From contig CP089276.1 in NCBI GenBank assembly GCA_023920165.1, forward strand, positions 3,906,001 to 3,970,000: a stretch of 64,000 bases of DNA. The letters run 5' to 3'. This document shows, one piece after another, positions 9,083 to 21,017 of the stretch. Under the pieces are notes generated by a model. That model saw only the letters and a list, made by a program, of their open reading frames with translations. It ran no database searches and was not told the origin of the DNA. The DNA comes from Curvularia clavata. Its lineage: Eukaryota. Positions within the stretch are counted from its first letter, which is position 1. Each line of letters starts with the position of its first letter. The translations under genes were made by a program, and so were the position numbers.

Positions 9083-12000
9083 CTACGCGTACTGGAAGTT
9101 GGTCCTGCAAAGTGGACAGCTAGGACCATCGCTGCTCTTGAACCATTTGAACAAGCAAACACCATGGAACAAATTCTTACAGGTTGCGCACTTCTTGTCA
9201 GGCAATTTCCTGTCAGAACCCACGATACTGTAACAGATTGCGCACTCGCTCTGCCCCTTGAGCGCTCCATCCACATTCCTCTTGAAGGTTGTCAACGCAT
9301 CGATGAGGGAGCCGTTAAAGATTGTAATGGCACCCAATGAAGTCCTTAACCAAGATTGCCATTTCGTTTCATTAACGGCAACACGGTTGAGTCCTTCAAT
9401 GTGAGCGTTTGCAAGTGGGAAAGCGGCGGGAAGAGATATGCGCATCGCCATAGTTTGCTCGTCGACAATGTAAGATGCAGTAATCTCACGAGCACGAGAG
9501 ACTACCTTCACAGTAAAGGGGGAGTCAGGCTCGGCTGCAGCTTGCTCTTCAGACCATTTCGCTACTGCGTCCAGGGCGGCAACGATGACAGGTTGCGAGA
9601 CGTGCCTTTCAGTCCAGGGCTCGAGTGAGACCACAATCGCACGTGACTTGCAGTTCTTGAACCACGACTTGGTGAGCGATGGGACGTCGCGTAGACACAA
9701 GAAGTACAGATGTGTGAGCAGCCACTGGAGATCCCGTTTTGGAGGCTCAACATCCGCTTCGTACGTTGTGATGTCCAGTTTTGAAACATCAGCTGGCCTG
9801 TTGTTTCCATGTCCAAGAAAATCAAAAGTGAAATCGAGTAGGCCTGGCAAGTAATCACCCTCCCGGAGATGCTCGATATAATCGTTCTTGACCTTGAAAG
9901 AAGCATGCTCTAGATGATCAAAGACCAGTCTCCAGCTAAGTAAGTAGCCCCGCAGAGACAATGGCACACTTCGTTCAAGATTGGCCTCAGCTAATGCTGC
10001 AATAGTTGGAGCATCGATGATCAGAGATAGCAATTCTTCGGGCAAACGGGCAGTGGATTTTTCCAATGCTGCATTGATGGAGATTTGCTCCTGGGCAGCA
10101 GGTATCTGCTTGTGCAAAATGTCGAACGCAGTTTGCTGAACGGGCTGCGATTCCACGTACAGCAAAGGGAAAAGCTCCTCGGTTGATTCGAGGTTCTTGA
10201 GCGAGACCTTGGATATTTGACGCGCTAGCACATCATTCACCATTTTGAGAGGCTGATGGAACTCGTCAGGGAAGTGCTGCGAATGCTTCAGGATGTTGAT
10301 CAGACCGTCGGCAACAGGTTGCTCTGCCTCTTTCCAAGCATCGAGCAGATCGTCGTTTGGCTCTTCTTCTTGGACTAAGGCGCGTAGTTGGGCGTATAGC
10401 TTCAGAGATGCATGGACGAGGGGAATTGGGCTGTCCATGCTAGACTCATTTGTTTCCAACTCCTTCGTTGCCAACCAGATTGCAGCGAGTGCGTTAAGGA
10501 CATTACTCCAATGCTCGCCGTACCGGTCGCTTATAACTGGAAGCAGGACTAGCAGTGAACGACACAACTCCGCTTTGACGGGCTGCGCAACTTGCGTCTC
10601 CTGAAGCCACGAGACTGTGTGGTTGACAAAGAGTAGGATGCGATGCTTGGCGCTCTCTTCCACAAAATCGTCTTGACTCAATATACTGTTAAGCTGGATG
10701 AGATTTTGCAATACTTCTGGAGATTTATCCTCGATGTCCATGCCTGTAAGATCGGCAAGGATTTCGCTAGACATCCGCTGGCAAGATCTCGAAGCCAATA
10801 ATGGCTCTTTGAACCCATTCAGTAGCCCTAGTAATTGAAAAACGTTCTTGGACTTGCGTGTGGTCTTGAGCATTTCTTGCATTTGAGCAGTCTGGGAGTT
10901 CTTCCATCCAGCAATCTCAATGGCCTCTGCAATCATCACACTGTACATCCGTGCGTGATAATACGTGGAAGCGTTTGTGTCAGCGCCGACAGTCGACAAA
11001 TTGGAATTGGCCCATGATATGAGTGATTCAGCATTGTCTTCTGACCAAGTGGTGGCTAGGGCCCGCAGTTCTTCTGTTATAAGCGATTGTGCATCTGATA
11101 TGAATGTCATCGCATCGGATTCGATATCCGCATCATAGTGTGCCCAAAATCCATTTGCACCAGCAAGTCCGAGATTGTCATCCGCAAGTTGAACGGCAAG
11201 CGCAATGTTGCGAAGATAGTTGGCTTTGATCTCAGTTGGGACCATACCAATTGAAAAGAGGTGGGGGTTTTTGAACAGCCTGGTCACATATTGAGTCATC
11301 CTGTATGCCACAGAGTAACCGTCGACGTCTCGTGACATGTTTACAGTCTTGGCAGGTGACTGGTCTGAAGTGACCAAGTAGACGGCGCCACCAAGGGAAT
11401 TAGTAATAGCCAACGAGGACTTAGGTGTAGCACCAAGAAAAGGTTCGAGAGCTTTGTTCCAGTCATCAACGTCAGGAAAGACTTTGAAAACCTGGTCCCA
11501 ATCCGCACCCGCCTTGACGGACTGTTTTGCTAAGTCAACCAGCGTCTCAACGGATACTGACGTCGAGGTAGCGTCTCGCAGACCTTGCTGAATAAGATCA
11601 TACATGGATTGCTTGGAATCAGAACCTGAAGACAACATGGTCTGAATCGACGCATTGAGAGCCTTGGCGGCCTGCGCCACTTCGTCGTTTGGTGATTCGG
11701 ATGCGAGAAGTAAACCTTGGAGAAGACCAGAGCCTTGTGGTTGGACAAGAAATTCGCGAAGCATTGATGGTTTGGACTTTATGATCTGGCGAAGACCCTG
11801 CAAAGAGTACGGAGCTTGTTGTGATATTGAGAGCTTTTCTGTCATGTGAGCAAGAACTTCGTCTGTCGTCTTCGGAGACAATATTTTCGCTGGCGACTGA
11901 AGCATGCGATTGAACGCTTCCCATTCCCCCGAGCCTTCTACAGCCTCATATACGTTCGCTGTAATGTAATCCTGTAACTCAGGATCTGAAGTTGCAAGAT

Positions 12001-14005
12001 CAAAATCTGTGGGTATCCTGGATGAAGTAAGAATTGCCTCCAGAGCCCTGCTTTTCGTCTTTTGGTCTGTTTCTTTGAGAATAGTCTTCAGGCATGCGCT
12101 CCATGCATCCTTGAAAATGGGACTTTCTGACTTCGAGTACAGTAGATCAATCAGGTAAGGGGACGAGGGCGATAGTACAAGCGTCGGTAGATCCTGCTGA
12201 ATAAATGACTCAAGATCCTGCTCAGTCTGGGATGAAGAGATCAAAGTAGGGTTGTGCTTTAAGACAGCTGCAACAGCTGCTGCAGCGCCGTACGGCTTCC
12301 CGTTCCGATTCTTGAGGACTTGGAGAGATTCCGCTACGATCGATGTACAAGCTTGTGCAATCGCAGGTCGCAACGGCGCCAAGGCTTCTGTTTTGAGGGC
12401 ATGATCTTGCAGGGTCGCAAACCGAGTTGCTTGTTGGTTAACGCTTGTTTGTGACTTCTCATAATCTTTTGACTGTTCTGGAGCTGACGTTCTGATACTG
12501 TCAATGAGTTGCTGTGAAAATTCAGCCCATCGCTCGCCGAGAACTTTAGCCATTCCGTCAACTCCGAGCGCTTTCGGTAATAGTCCTGTCGCATTCGAAG
12601 GTATGGCCCAATGTGAAGTTTCGAGTGTCGGATGTAGGTACTGAGTGAGTATGGGTAGCAGCATCTCTTTCAGAAGCTTGGTCTTCTCCTGCTCTTCCAA
12701 TCGCTGACTGAGAATGCCAGCGATCTCTAGATAGGCATCAAAAGCAGCTTCGTGAGTGTACTTGGGTTCGTCTTTTCGCACAATACCACCATGCAGAGCA
12801 TTCAGTAACTCTGCGGTGTCAGTATCGTGCTGTGGCAAAATCTCCTTTGGAATGATCCGGAACAGCTCGATCAAGCGAGCCCAGAAGTCACGAGGCCCAA
12901 GCTGAGACCCTTTCTTCAAGAACTGTCGCAGACGCCGGTCGACACCAGTTTTGCTCTTGTAATCCGTCGTCCAAACCGTAGGATGCTTGGAGGTGAGAAG
13001 GGTCAAGGTCTCGACGTAATCGCCAACAGAGCCAGTCTGGTCTGAGTTCAGCGCCTCAGCCAAGTAGGCTTTACTGACGATAGAAAGGTTCTGCTCGATA
13101 GAAGCTACAAATCTATTAGTATGTCTCTATAGTCTTGCGGGAAACCACGAACCGTCGTCTTTCATTAAACATGTTTTGAGGAGTCGGTGGACTGAGCGCC
13201 GAATCCCAGCATCTCGGTAAGAAGAAAAATCCCATAATTTCTTGTCACCAAAGAGGCTGTCATACTCGGACTGGTACTTGGAAAGCTCTTCAGGCTGCAG
13301 ATTAGCTAACAAGCTACCGAGCAGAGAAACACATGCCGAAATGACACGGCTGTACTTTGCTTCGGCATCGTCCTTGGTCACTGTCCTCTCATCACTAAGG
13401 GTGTTTGGACTTTCCTTGTCGATAGCGTCACGGCAATACTCTAATATAGGCTGTTGGTAGATCTTGCGAATACTTTGCAGCTTTTCAGCTGTATTGAAGA
13501 CTTGTCGTAGAGAGGTTTGTGTCGCTTCTACTACCGAACGATCGGTGTCGTAGAGACCACACAACCATGCGGAGACGCTCTTGGGCATGTATTTCGCTAT
13601 ACGCTTGCCGGCAGATACGGCAAACTGACCGTGGAGGAGATGGGAGTTTTGGCGAACCGCTTTCGCGTTGTCGATCGAGGTACGCGGATACATCTTAATC
13701 CATGCCTCGAGCAAGCCCTCTTCAACTGGGCTTTCCAAGGACGCCACATATCCTTGTATGTCTTCCAGTGCTTTTGCCTTTGTTGTACTATCTCTCTTTG
13801 AGAGATTTCGAAGATATACGACGACGTTCGGATCGGAGATGGCAGAGAGGTCTGGAGGCTCTGATACGTATGAGAGCAACGATGAGCTTGCGCCGAATGC
13901 TGGTGCCGCACTCCCGAATGCTGGTGACGCGCTCCCGAATGCACCAAAGCCGGCTGTGGTGGCAGCCCGGGCGCTGCTTGCCTGGGCTTTTGCGCGCTTC
14001 GACAT
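9083..14005 (-). CDS. RKR1: E3 ubiquitin ligase listerin (ribosome quality control), about 1624 aa; exons 14005-13153 and 13104-9083
   Basis: N-terminal LSKRDSTTKAKAL and YPRTSIDN motifs, HEAT-like body, RWD-like region, C-terminal RING ECAICYSIV...CATCKNLFHGVCLFKWFKSS...CPLCR. Intron 13105-13152 (GTTCGT..ACTAAT..TAG) restores the frame. Confidence 0.95.
13893..13942 (-). repeat. About 2.4 copies of a 21-bp coding repeat (AFGSASP/AFGSAAP) near the RKR1 N-terminus
   Basis: ccgaatgctggtgccgcactc ccgaatgctggtgacgcgctc ccgaatgc on the + strand. Confidence 0.7.
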
Positions 14006-14621
14006 GGTGGGGGTTGTGAAGTCGAAATAATGCGGCTCTGCCTGATGACGGCACCAAGTGTGGGTAGGCGGATGACGACGGTGGGGCAGGGCGCATCCTT
14101 GTCCTGCCTCACCCACGACTGGTAGCCGGAAAATGGCAGCCTAGTACAAAACTATCACCTTTGAAAGTAGCTGTAGCTATTACGGTTACTTGTTTTTTAC
14201 TGCCTTCTCAGCACCCAAGACTCTACTCTCAAAAGTAGCGTTAGTTATCACAATTGTCTATTGCCGTACCTACCTCTCTCTCGACTAATGAGACCGGGAA
14301 TGGCAGTCTATGTACTTTAAAAGTGGCTGTATTTGTCACAGTTATATATTGTCTACTTTGCTCTCGTATCCACGACTGCACTTTGAAAAGCAGCAGTAGT
14401 TGTCATGGTTGCTTGTTATTCACTATGTTGACATGCTGATGGCTTTGTAGGGGAGCTTTGCTGGTCATGAGAGATGCGCGCTAGAGCCAACAAGGAGTAG
14501 CGCCTTTCGCTGACATTGAACTTCGTCTGGCCACCGCCCAAGCTTGACCGACCCTTGATTCTTTTGTTTTGTCTACGCCTCCCCGCCACGACAGCACTCT
14601 GCGCGGGTCGCGGTCATCACC

Positions 14622-17021
14622 ATGAAGTTCTACATTGACAGCCTTCCAGTGCTGTTCCCGTACCCTCGGGTCTATCCTGAGCAATATGCCTACATGTGCG
14701 ATCTCAAGCGTACCTTGGACCAGGGTGGCCACTGCGTCCTAGAGATGCCTTCAGGCACGGGTAAAACCGTGTCTCTGCTCTCGCTCATCGTCGCATATCA
14801 GCAGCACTATCCTGAAAAACGGAAGTTGATTTACTGCTCGCGTACCATGTCTGAGATTGAGAAGGCTTTGGCTGAGTTGAAGGCGTTGATGAAATACCGA
14901 ACATCCGAGCTAGGGTACGAAGAAGAATTCCGAGGTCTAGGATTGACAAGTCGAAAGAACCTTTGCCTGCATCCATCGGTCAAGCGAGAAAAGAGCGGGA
15001 CCGTAGTAGACGCGCGTTGTCGCAGCTTGACAGCAGGCTTTGTCAAGGAAAAGAAGGAACGAGGCGAGGATGTCGAGCTCTGCGTCTATCACGAGAACCT
15101 CGACCTCTTAGAGCCGCACAACTTGATTCCGCCCGGTGTATGGACTTTTGATGGCATGCTGAAGTATGGCGAGCAACAAAAGCAATGTCCCTACTTTACA
15201 GCCCGAAGAATGATGCCGTACTGCAACGTCATCATCTACTCTTACCACTATCTGTTAGATCCAAAGATTGCAGACAGAGTTTCCAAGGAGTTATCCAAAG
15301 ATTGCATAGTAGTCTTTGATGAGGCTCACAACATCGACAACGTGTGCATCGAGTCTCTCAGTATCGACCTGACAGAAGACGTATTACGGAAAGCAACTAA
15401 GGGAGTCAATAACCTTGATCGGAAAATCACAGAGATGAAGAGCAGCGATGCAGAAAAGTTACAAAACGAATACGCCAAGTTAGTTGAAGGCCTCCGAGCG
15501 GCTGACGAGGCACGCAACGAAGAAGCGTTTATGGCCAACCCGGCGCTTCCAGACGATCTTCTCACAGAAGCCGTACCCGGCAATATACGGCGAGCCGAGC
15601 ATTTTGTTGCATTCCTCAAACGCTTCATCGAATATCTCAAAACCCGAATGAAAGTCCTCAACGTCGTTGCGGATACCCCGCCGGAGTTTCTTAAACATCT
15701 AAAGGACTTGACATTTATTGAACGAAAACCGTTGCGATTCTGCGCCGAGCGTCTAACTTCACTTGTACGGACGCTTGAACTTACAAATATTGAGGATTAC
15801 CAGCCCCTTCAAGAAGTGGCTACTTTTGCTACGCTGGTCTCCACTTATGAAACTGGTTTCTTACTGATCATCGAACCGTTCGAATCAGCAACGGCCACTG
15901 TACCGAATCCCGTCTTACACCTCACATGTCTGGACGCTGCCATAGCCATCAAACCTGTCTTCGAACGCTTTTACTCCGTCATTGTTACTTCTGGAACCAT
16001 GTCACCTCTAGACATGTACCCCCGCATGCTCAACTTTAACACTGTAGTACAGGAATCATTCACAATGACATTGACACGGAAATCTTTCCTTCCCATGATT
16101 GTCGATCGCGGTAACGATCAGAATCAGGTCACATCACAGTTCGAACACCGTAATGACTTGCAAGTACAGCGGAATTTTGGCAATCTACTCATCGAATTCT
16201 GCAAACTGACTCCCGATGGAGTCGTTGTGTTCTTCCCTTCATATCTTTACATGGAAAGTATCATCTCAGCGTGGCAAGGAATGGAGATCCTCGATACAGT
16301 CTGGAAGTATAAACTCATTCTCGTCGAGACGCCCGACGCACAAGAAACTGCGCTTGCGCTAGAAACCTTCCGCACAGCATGCAACAACGGTCGCGGCGCC
16401 GTCCTCCTATGTGTCGCACGTGGGAAAGTAAGCGAAGGAATCGATTTCGACCACCACTATGGCCGCACTGTGCTTTGCATGGGCGTACCTTATCAATACA
16501 CCGAGTCTCGAATCCTAAAAGCGCGTCTGGAGTTCTTGCGCGAAACGTATCGCATCAAAGAAGCGGACTTTCTGTCATTCGATGCTATGCGCCACGCAGC
16601 TCAATGCCTTGGTCGTGTCATCCGCGGAAAAGACGACTATGGTATCATGGTGCTAGCAGACAAACGCTTCAACAAGAAACAGACGCAGCTTCCAAAATGG
16701 ATCCAGCAAGGTCTCGACGCTAAAAACACCAAACTCTCCATCGACCAGGCTGTTGGTATGGCTAAGAATTTCCTCAAGGAGATGAGTGTACCGTGGAGCA
16801 GGGCAGAGCAAGAAGGTCATTCTTCGTGGAGTTTGGAGGATTTGGAAGCACATCAGAGAAAGAAGGCGGCACATGGTATTAGTGGGACAGAGAACCCGGC
16901 TATGCGTGCGTTGGAAGGTAGAGCCGAAGTCGAGCGTATGGATGTTGATGGCGAGGAGGTCGATGAATACGGGGGCAGAGCTGATGTCGATGCTGAAATG
17001 GCAGGATTGGCTGACGGATAG
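14622..17021 (+). CDS. RAD3: TFIIH 5'-3' DNA helicase XPD/ERCC2, 799 aa, intronless
   Basis: LEMPSGTGKT Walker A, Fe-S cysteines (NLCLHP, ARCR, LCVY, QCPYF), DEAH box VFDEAHNID, RGKVSEGIDF, QCLGRVIRGKDDYG. Confidence 0.98.
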   Translation: MKFYIDSLPVLFPYPRVYPEQYAYMCDLKRTLDQGGHCVLEMPSGTGKTVSLLSLIVAYQQHYPEKRKLIYCSRTMSEIEKALAELKALMKYRTSELGYEEEFRGLGLTSRKNLCLHPSVKREKSGTVVDARCRSLTAGFVKEKKERGEDVELCVYHENLDLLEPHNLIPPGVWTFDGMLKYGEQQKQCPYFTARRMMPYCNVIIYSYHYLLDPKIADRVSKELSKDCIVVFDEAHNIDNVCIESLSIDLTEDVLRKATKGVNNLDRKITEMKSSDAEKLQNEYAKLVEGLRAADEARNEEAFMANPALPDDLLTEAVPGNIRRAEHFVAFLKRFIEYLKTRMKVLNVVADTPPEFLKHLKDLTFIERKPLRFCAERLTSLVRTLELTNIEDYQPLQEVATFATLVSTYETGFLLIIEPFESATATVPNPVLHLTCLDAAIAIKPVFERFYSVIVTSGTMSPLDMYPRMLNFNTVVQESFTMTLTRKSFLPMIVDRGNDQNQVTSQFEHRNDLQVQRNFGNLLIEFCKLTPDGVVVFFPSYLYMESIISAWQGMEILDTVWKYKLILVETPDAQETALALETFRTACNNGRGAVLLCVARGKVSEGIDFDHHYGRTVLCMGVPYQYTESRILKARLEFLRETYRIKEADFLSFDAMRHAAQCLGRVIRGKDDYGIMVLADKRFNKKQTQLPKWIQQGLDAKNTKLSIDQAVGMAKNFLKEMSVPWSRAEQEGHSSWSLEDLEAHQRKKAAHGISGTENPAMRALEGRAEVERMDVDGEEVDEYGGRADVDAEMAGLADG

Positions 17022-17503
17022 GACCGCAAGATTGTTACGTCGCTTGACAGACCCGTGTCTTTCAACTGTCGGGACGGGTCAGGAAGATGTTGCTACGGAC
17101 TTGAGGCGTTTTCCTGGGGATTTGAAGATTAAATACCACTATCAAGAGCGCATGGAATGCACACGCGATTCAGTAGTGCGGGTAACTAACATTAACATCA
17201 ACATCGAAGCATTGAAGTTGCAATTGCATATTTTAGGCGTCAATTCATTAGAGGAGAGATATTGGAAATTGCGAAATTAGAGAACAATCATGACATTGGA
17301 TCAGCTACCTATCAAAAACAATGAGCGCCTTGCTAGGATATGTAAACATGAACAGGAACGCAGTCCGTATACAAAAGCTCGCAGACGCCCAACGCCATGC
17401 TAGGCATCCACGCATCGACTCCAGGGAACATAAACTCCAGAACACGACTATGCTGTAAAGAGTGGCAGACAGCTTTCGAATCCCATGCTCTTGATGTATG
17501 CGC

Positions 17504-18468
17504 CTAAACTTCCATGTCCATGAAAAGCCACTTGTCACTGGTCAACTTCTCGCCCTGGCTATACTCGTCGAGCGTTGTTAGTCCAAAGCCAATCCAGCCC
17601 AGATCCTTTGTCAGGTTATTGCGAGCTGCTTGGTCGGTATGTCGGTCGATACAAAGCACAAGGCGGCCGCAGGAGAAGTAGTCGACTTCGCAGAGCTCGA
17701 GAAGGGCCATAAGCCTGTTGCATGTCAGTGTTTGTTCAACCAGTGAAGAGATGAATGGATGGCCTACCCAGCCTTGAGATCCGCACCAATGACAGCTTCA
17801 TCGAAGAAGACAAACATGGCTTTCTCCTCCTCCTGGTCAACAACAAAGCCACGGAACCTAATCCCACCAACGTAGTCCCACATCTCAATGTAATCTGTAA
17901 TCGCGTTCTTGCGGTCCCCGAACCGTACCATCTCAGGTACATCAGAGTCAGTTGAGGAATCAGAATAGCGACGAACATCGATGCCGTAGTCGTTAGTAAT
18001 GGCAGTAGTTGCGGTCGTAGTGCCAGTATAAGGCATACCCATCACTAGCGAGTCCTGACGATGCTGGCTCCCCTCACCCAGGAAAACAGATCGCAGTGTC
18101 TCGCAGAAGAGTCTCTCACACTCTTCCGTGATGGTATATGCTGCCCCCCCTCTGCGCGCCTTGCCGTTCTTAGCGGCGGATGCGTGTCTGGCGGCGAGGG
18201 GGGGACTTGATGGAGGTGATGGAATTCCCTAATTGGCATTTAGCATTTATCCAATGATAAAATCGCGCATCCAAAACAACATACCGAGCTGACCTCAGGA
18301 ACACCACCCGGCCCCGGAAGCCGGGGTAGTCGAGTAATGGAAGCCTTGGAGGCTGGCGGTGGAAGCGTTTACCGCGTAGCAGCTAGCGCGGACATTGCTA
18401 GCGGATGAGTACGAGTGAATGCTACTACTACTACTCATACTACTACTGCTTCGTTTGTACATCGCCAT
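17504..18468 (-). CDS. OAZ1: Ornithine decarboxylase antizyme, about 284 aa, requiring a +1 ribosomal frameshift; segments 18468-18298, 18296-18285, 18228-17768, 17714-17504
   Basis: ORF1 (57 aa) ends GGG-TGG-TGT-TCC-TGA (TCC 18300-18298, TGA 18297-18295). The +1 frame, after introns 18229-18284 and 17715-17767, reads GIPSPPSSPPLAA..EECERLFCETLRSVFLGE..EMWDYVGGIRFRGF..DLKAGLMALLEL..LVLCIDR..DLGWIGF..WLFMDMEV, typical of fungal antizymes. Confidence 0.92.
18295..18300 (-). other. Programmed +1 frameshift site UCC-UGA
   Basis: Ends ORF1 in the context TGG-TGT-TCC-TGA-G. The antizyme domain lies in the +1 frame. Confidence 0.88.
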
Positions 18469-19287
18469 TGCTACAGTATTGCCAGGGTTGGATATGTAGG
18501 TGATAAAGGGTTTTTAAGCGGTTGGGTGCGTCCAGAACGAGTCGTTGGCTGAGGAGCTTTTGAGGCGTTGGTTGTGGGCTGGTGTAACAGGGCTGGCTGC
18601 TGTGGTTACGATGAGGTGAGGCAAAGTCGGATGTCGCAAGTTGAAAGAGGAGTTGGGCTTTAGCAAGTGGGGGCGTTGGGGTTCGTGCTTAGATATCGTC
18701 GTGTGAGTGGCCGGACTTGAGCGCTAGAAGCTTCGGCTACCTCGGCCAATCCAGAATGGAGAAACCTCTGTTGACTTGGATGTCCCATGGAAATGCACAG
18801 GCAAATTTATTCTGGTAGTAATCTGAGGCCGAGCCTTGTTCCAGAAACTGTCACGTTCATTGGCACCACATAAAAGCAACGGCAACAAGGTTTTCAAATG
18901 CCATATATTATTATGCACACTCGTTAGCGCCCACTCGAAACAGCGTTAACTTTTGGAAATAGCTTCCTCAGCGAGATTCCTTCTCTGGGGCAACATCGCC
19001 TCGCTATATCTCATACAGATGACCTATGGAAAGAAACATTGGCGAAGAGGACTGAGAGATCCTTCCTCCTTGCACAAATCTAACGAAGAAACCCGGACCA
19101 TGCAAGTCGGATATCTCAGACGACACGCTATGCATACAGAAAACAGACATAACAGGAAATAGAAAAGATACGCCAACGCACGCAGGCCAGTGGAGTCCTG
19201 CACAGAAGTGGAGTTAGATCCTGGCATGATTCAGGATCGAAGTGGATCCTTCTGCACATGGCCGGTCAAAAATAGGAAGCCGACAAT

Positions 19288-21017
19288 TTAGCTGACAGAG
19301 ATGCACTTGATGTCGAAGATCAAGTCAGAGTTGGGTGGGATATCCGGAGGAGCACCCCTCTTTCCGTATGCCATGGCGGCGGGAATGGTAAGACGGCGCT
19401 CGCCGCCAGGAGTGATGCCAGCGACACCAACGTCCCAGCCCTTGATAACTTCGCCAACACCGAGCTTGAAGGAGAAAGGCTTGCCCTTCTTGTTCGCTGT
19501 GCAGACGTTAGTGTTTGTAAAAGCATAATTTGGCGACAACTTACAGTCGAAGACCTTGCCATTCTTCAGCTTGCCAATGTAGCGCATCTCGACACGGTCA
19601 CCCTTCTTGGCAGCCCTGCCCTTGCCCTCCTTCTTGTCGTCAACAATGACGCCGCTGACATTACGAGGTCCCTTGGCAGCCTCCTTCTTTGGCTCTGCCT
19701 TGGGCGCATCGACCTTTGGGGAGCCTGTGGGGCCCTGCTCGAGGTTCTTAGCGAACTGAACCTTCTTCTTGTCGCTGCTGGGGGTATCATTCTTCTCAAC
19801 CTTTTCAGCCTTCTTCTTGGGCTCTGCAACAGGAGCCTCAGCTTGGCCGTCGTTCTTCTTCAGCTTCTTCGCTTGCTTCTTGCTAAGCTTAGCATCGTCA
19901 TTGGTCTTGCTGATCATGTCATCGAGGCTGGCCTCATCCTCGGCGGCACGCTTCTTGCCCTTCTTGCTAGCGTCAACTAGCTTGGGGGCCTCCTCCTCGT
20001 CGCTGTCAACTTCGGTGATTCTAGGGTCGGCCATGCCATCTAGCTCATCCTCTGATTCTTCCATGCCATCAAGCTCATCCTCATCGGCGGACAGGTCGTA
20101 GCCAAGCTCGTCAAGGCCATCATATTCCTCATCATCCTCATCATCCTCCTCCATCTCGGGGAAGGTGAGGTAGTTACCGGTGACATAAACGTCGTGTGTG
20201 CCGGTAGCAAAGAGGTAGACCTGCTCGCCCTCACCAACAGTGATGTCGAGAGGCTGCTGGTAGTTCTATATAAACGTTAGTGGCTACTCGGCAAAGTCTA
20301 TGGTAGACATTCATACCTTCTCAGGGTCAAGTGTGCAGAGAACAAGTACTTCAGGCTCGAGCTCGTCCTCGTCCTCATCCGAATCATCCTCATCCTCGTC
20401 ATCCTCATCGCTCAAATCATCAGCGACGGCCTTAGCCTTGCCCTTGCCCTTGGTGCCATTGGTCAAGCCATCGATGTCCATGTCGTCGGCCTCGAGCTCC
20501 TCCTGCAACTTCTTGGTGAGGGCAGCTTGCTTAGCCTTCCTGGACTTGACTGGGTCGCTGGGGCCGCCATTCTTCTCATCCTCGCTGTCGTCCTCATCGG
20601 ACATATCGGAGTCATCCTCGGGAAGCGCGCCAGCTGCACGCAGACGAGCGCGAATGGCTTCGACGTCACCGTGCTCAAAATCCTCATCAAAGTCTTCGTC
20701 ATCGAAGTTTCTAGGCATGCGAATGAGCTTCAAAGTCACGCGAGAATGCTTGTATTCCTCGGTCCACTTGGGCTTCGCGTCTGGATCAATGGCAGCCATG
20801 GAAATCCTGAACTAGGCTCAGTTAGCAAAGAGTCGCAATGCGACAGCTTGGTGCAAAGGACGAAAAGCATCGAGGCGAGGCATATGCGCTTTTTGCTCAA
20901 GATAACAAGGGACTCAATGATACTTACAGGAGTGTCAAAGTCTTCAGCAGCCAAAGTGGGATCGCCTCCAGCCGGAATGCGACGTCCGTAGATGCGAACA
21001 GGAAGAGCGGACGCCAT
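19288..21017 (-). CDS. FPR4: Nucleolar FK506-binding PPIase with nucleoplasmin-like domain (Fpr3/Fpr4 family), about 504 aa; exons 21017-20928, 20811-20317, 20265-19545, 19496-19288
   Basis: [29 protein letters not shown] nucleoplasmin-like domain, acidic and basic tracts, FKBP domain [34 protein letters not shown]. Three GT-AG introns keep the frame. Confidence 0.92.

Noticed and set aside
14006..14116. N-terminal extension of RKR1 in the ORF track; similar extensions for REV1 (21393), the methyltransferase (52883) and DJ-1 (60640)
   Set aside because: They start at GTG/TTG. The downstream ATGs fit eukaryotic initiation and the recognisable protein starts.
18420..18450. (CTA)n-like microsatellite
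   Set aside because: It is the AGT poly-Ser run of antizyme ORF1.
19769..20991. Ser-rich plus-strand ORFs over FPR4 and many similar antisense ORFs over the large genes
   Set aside because: Shadows of biased codon usage on the coding strand, with no independent motifs.
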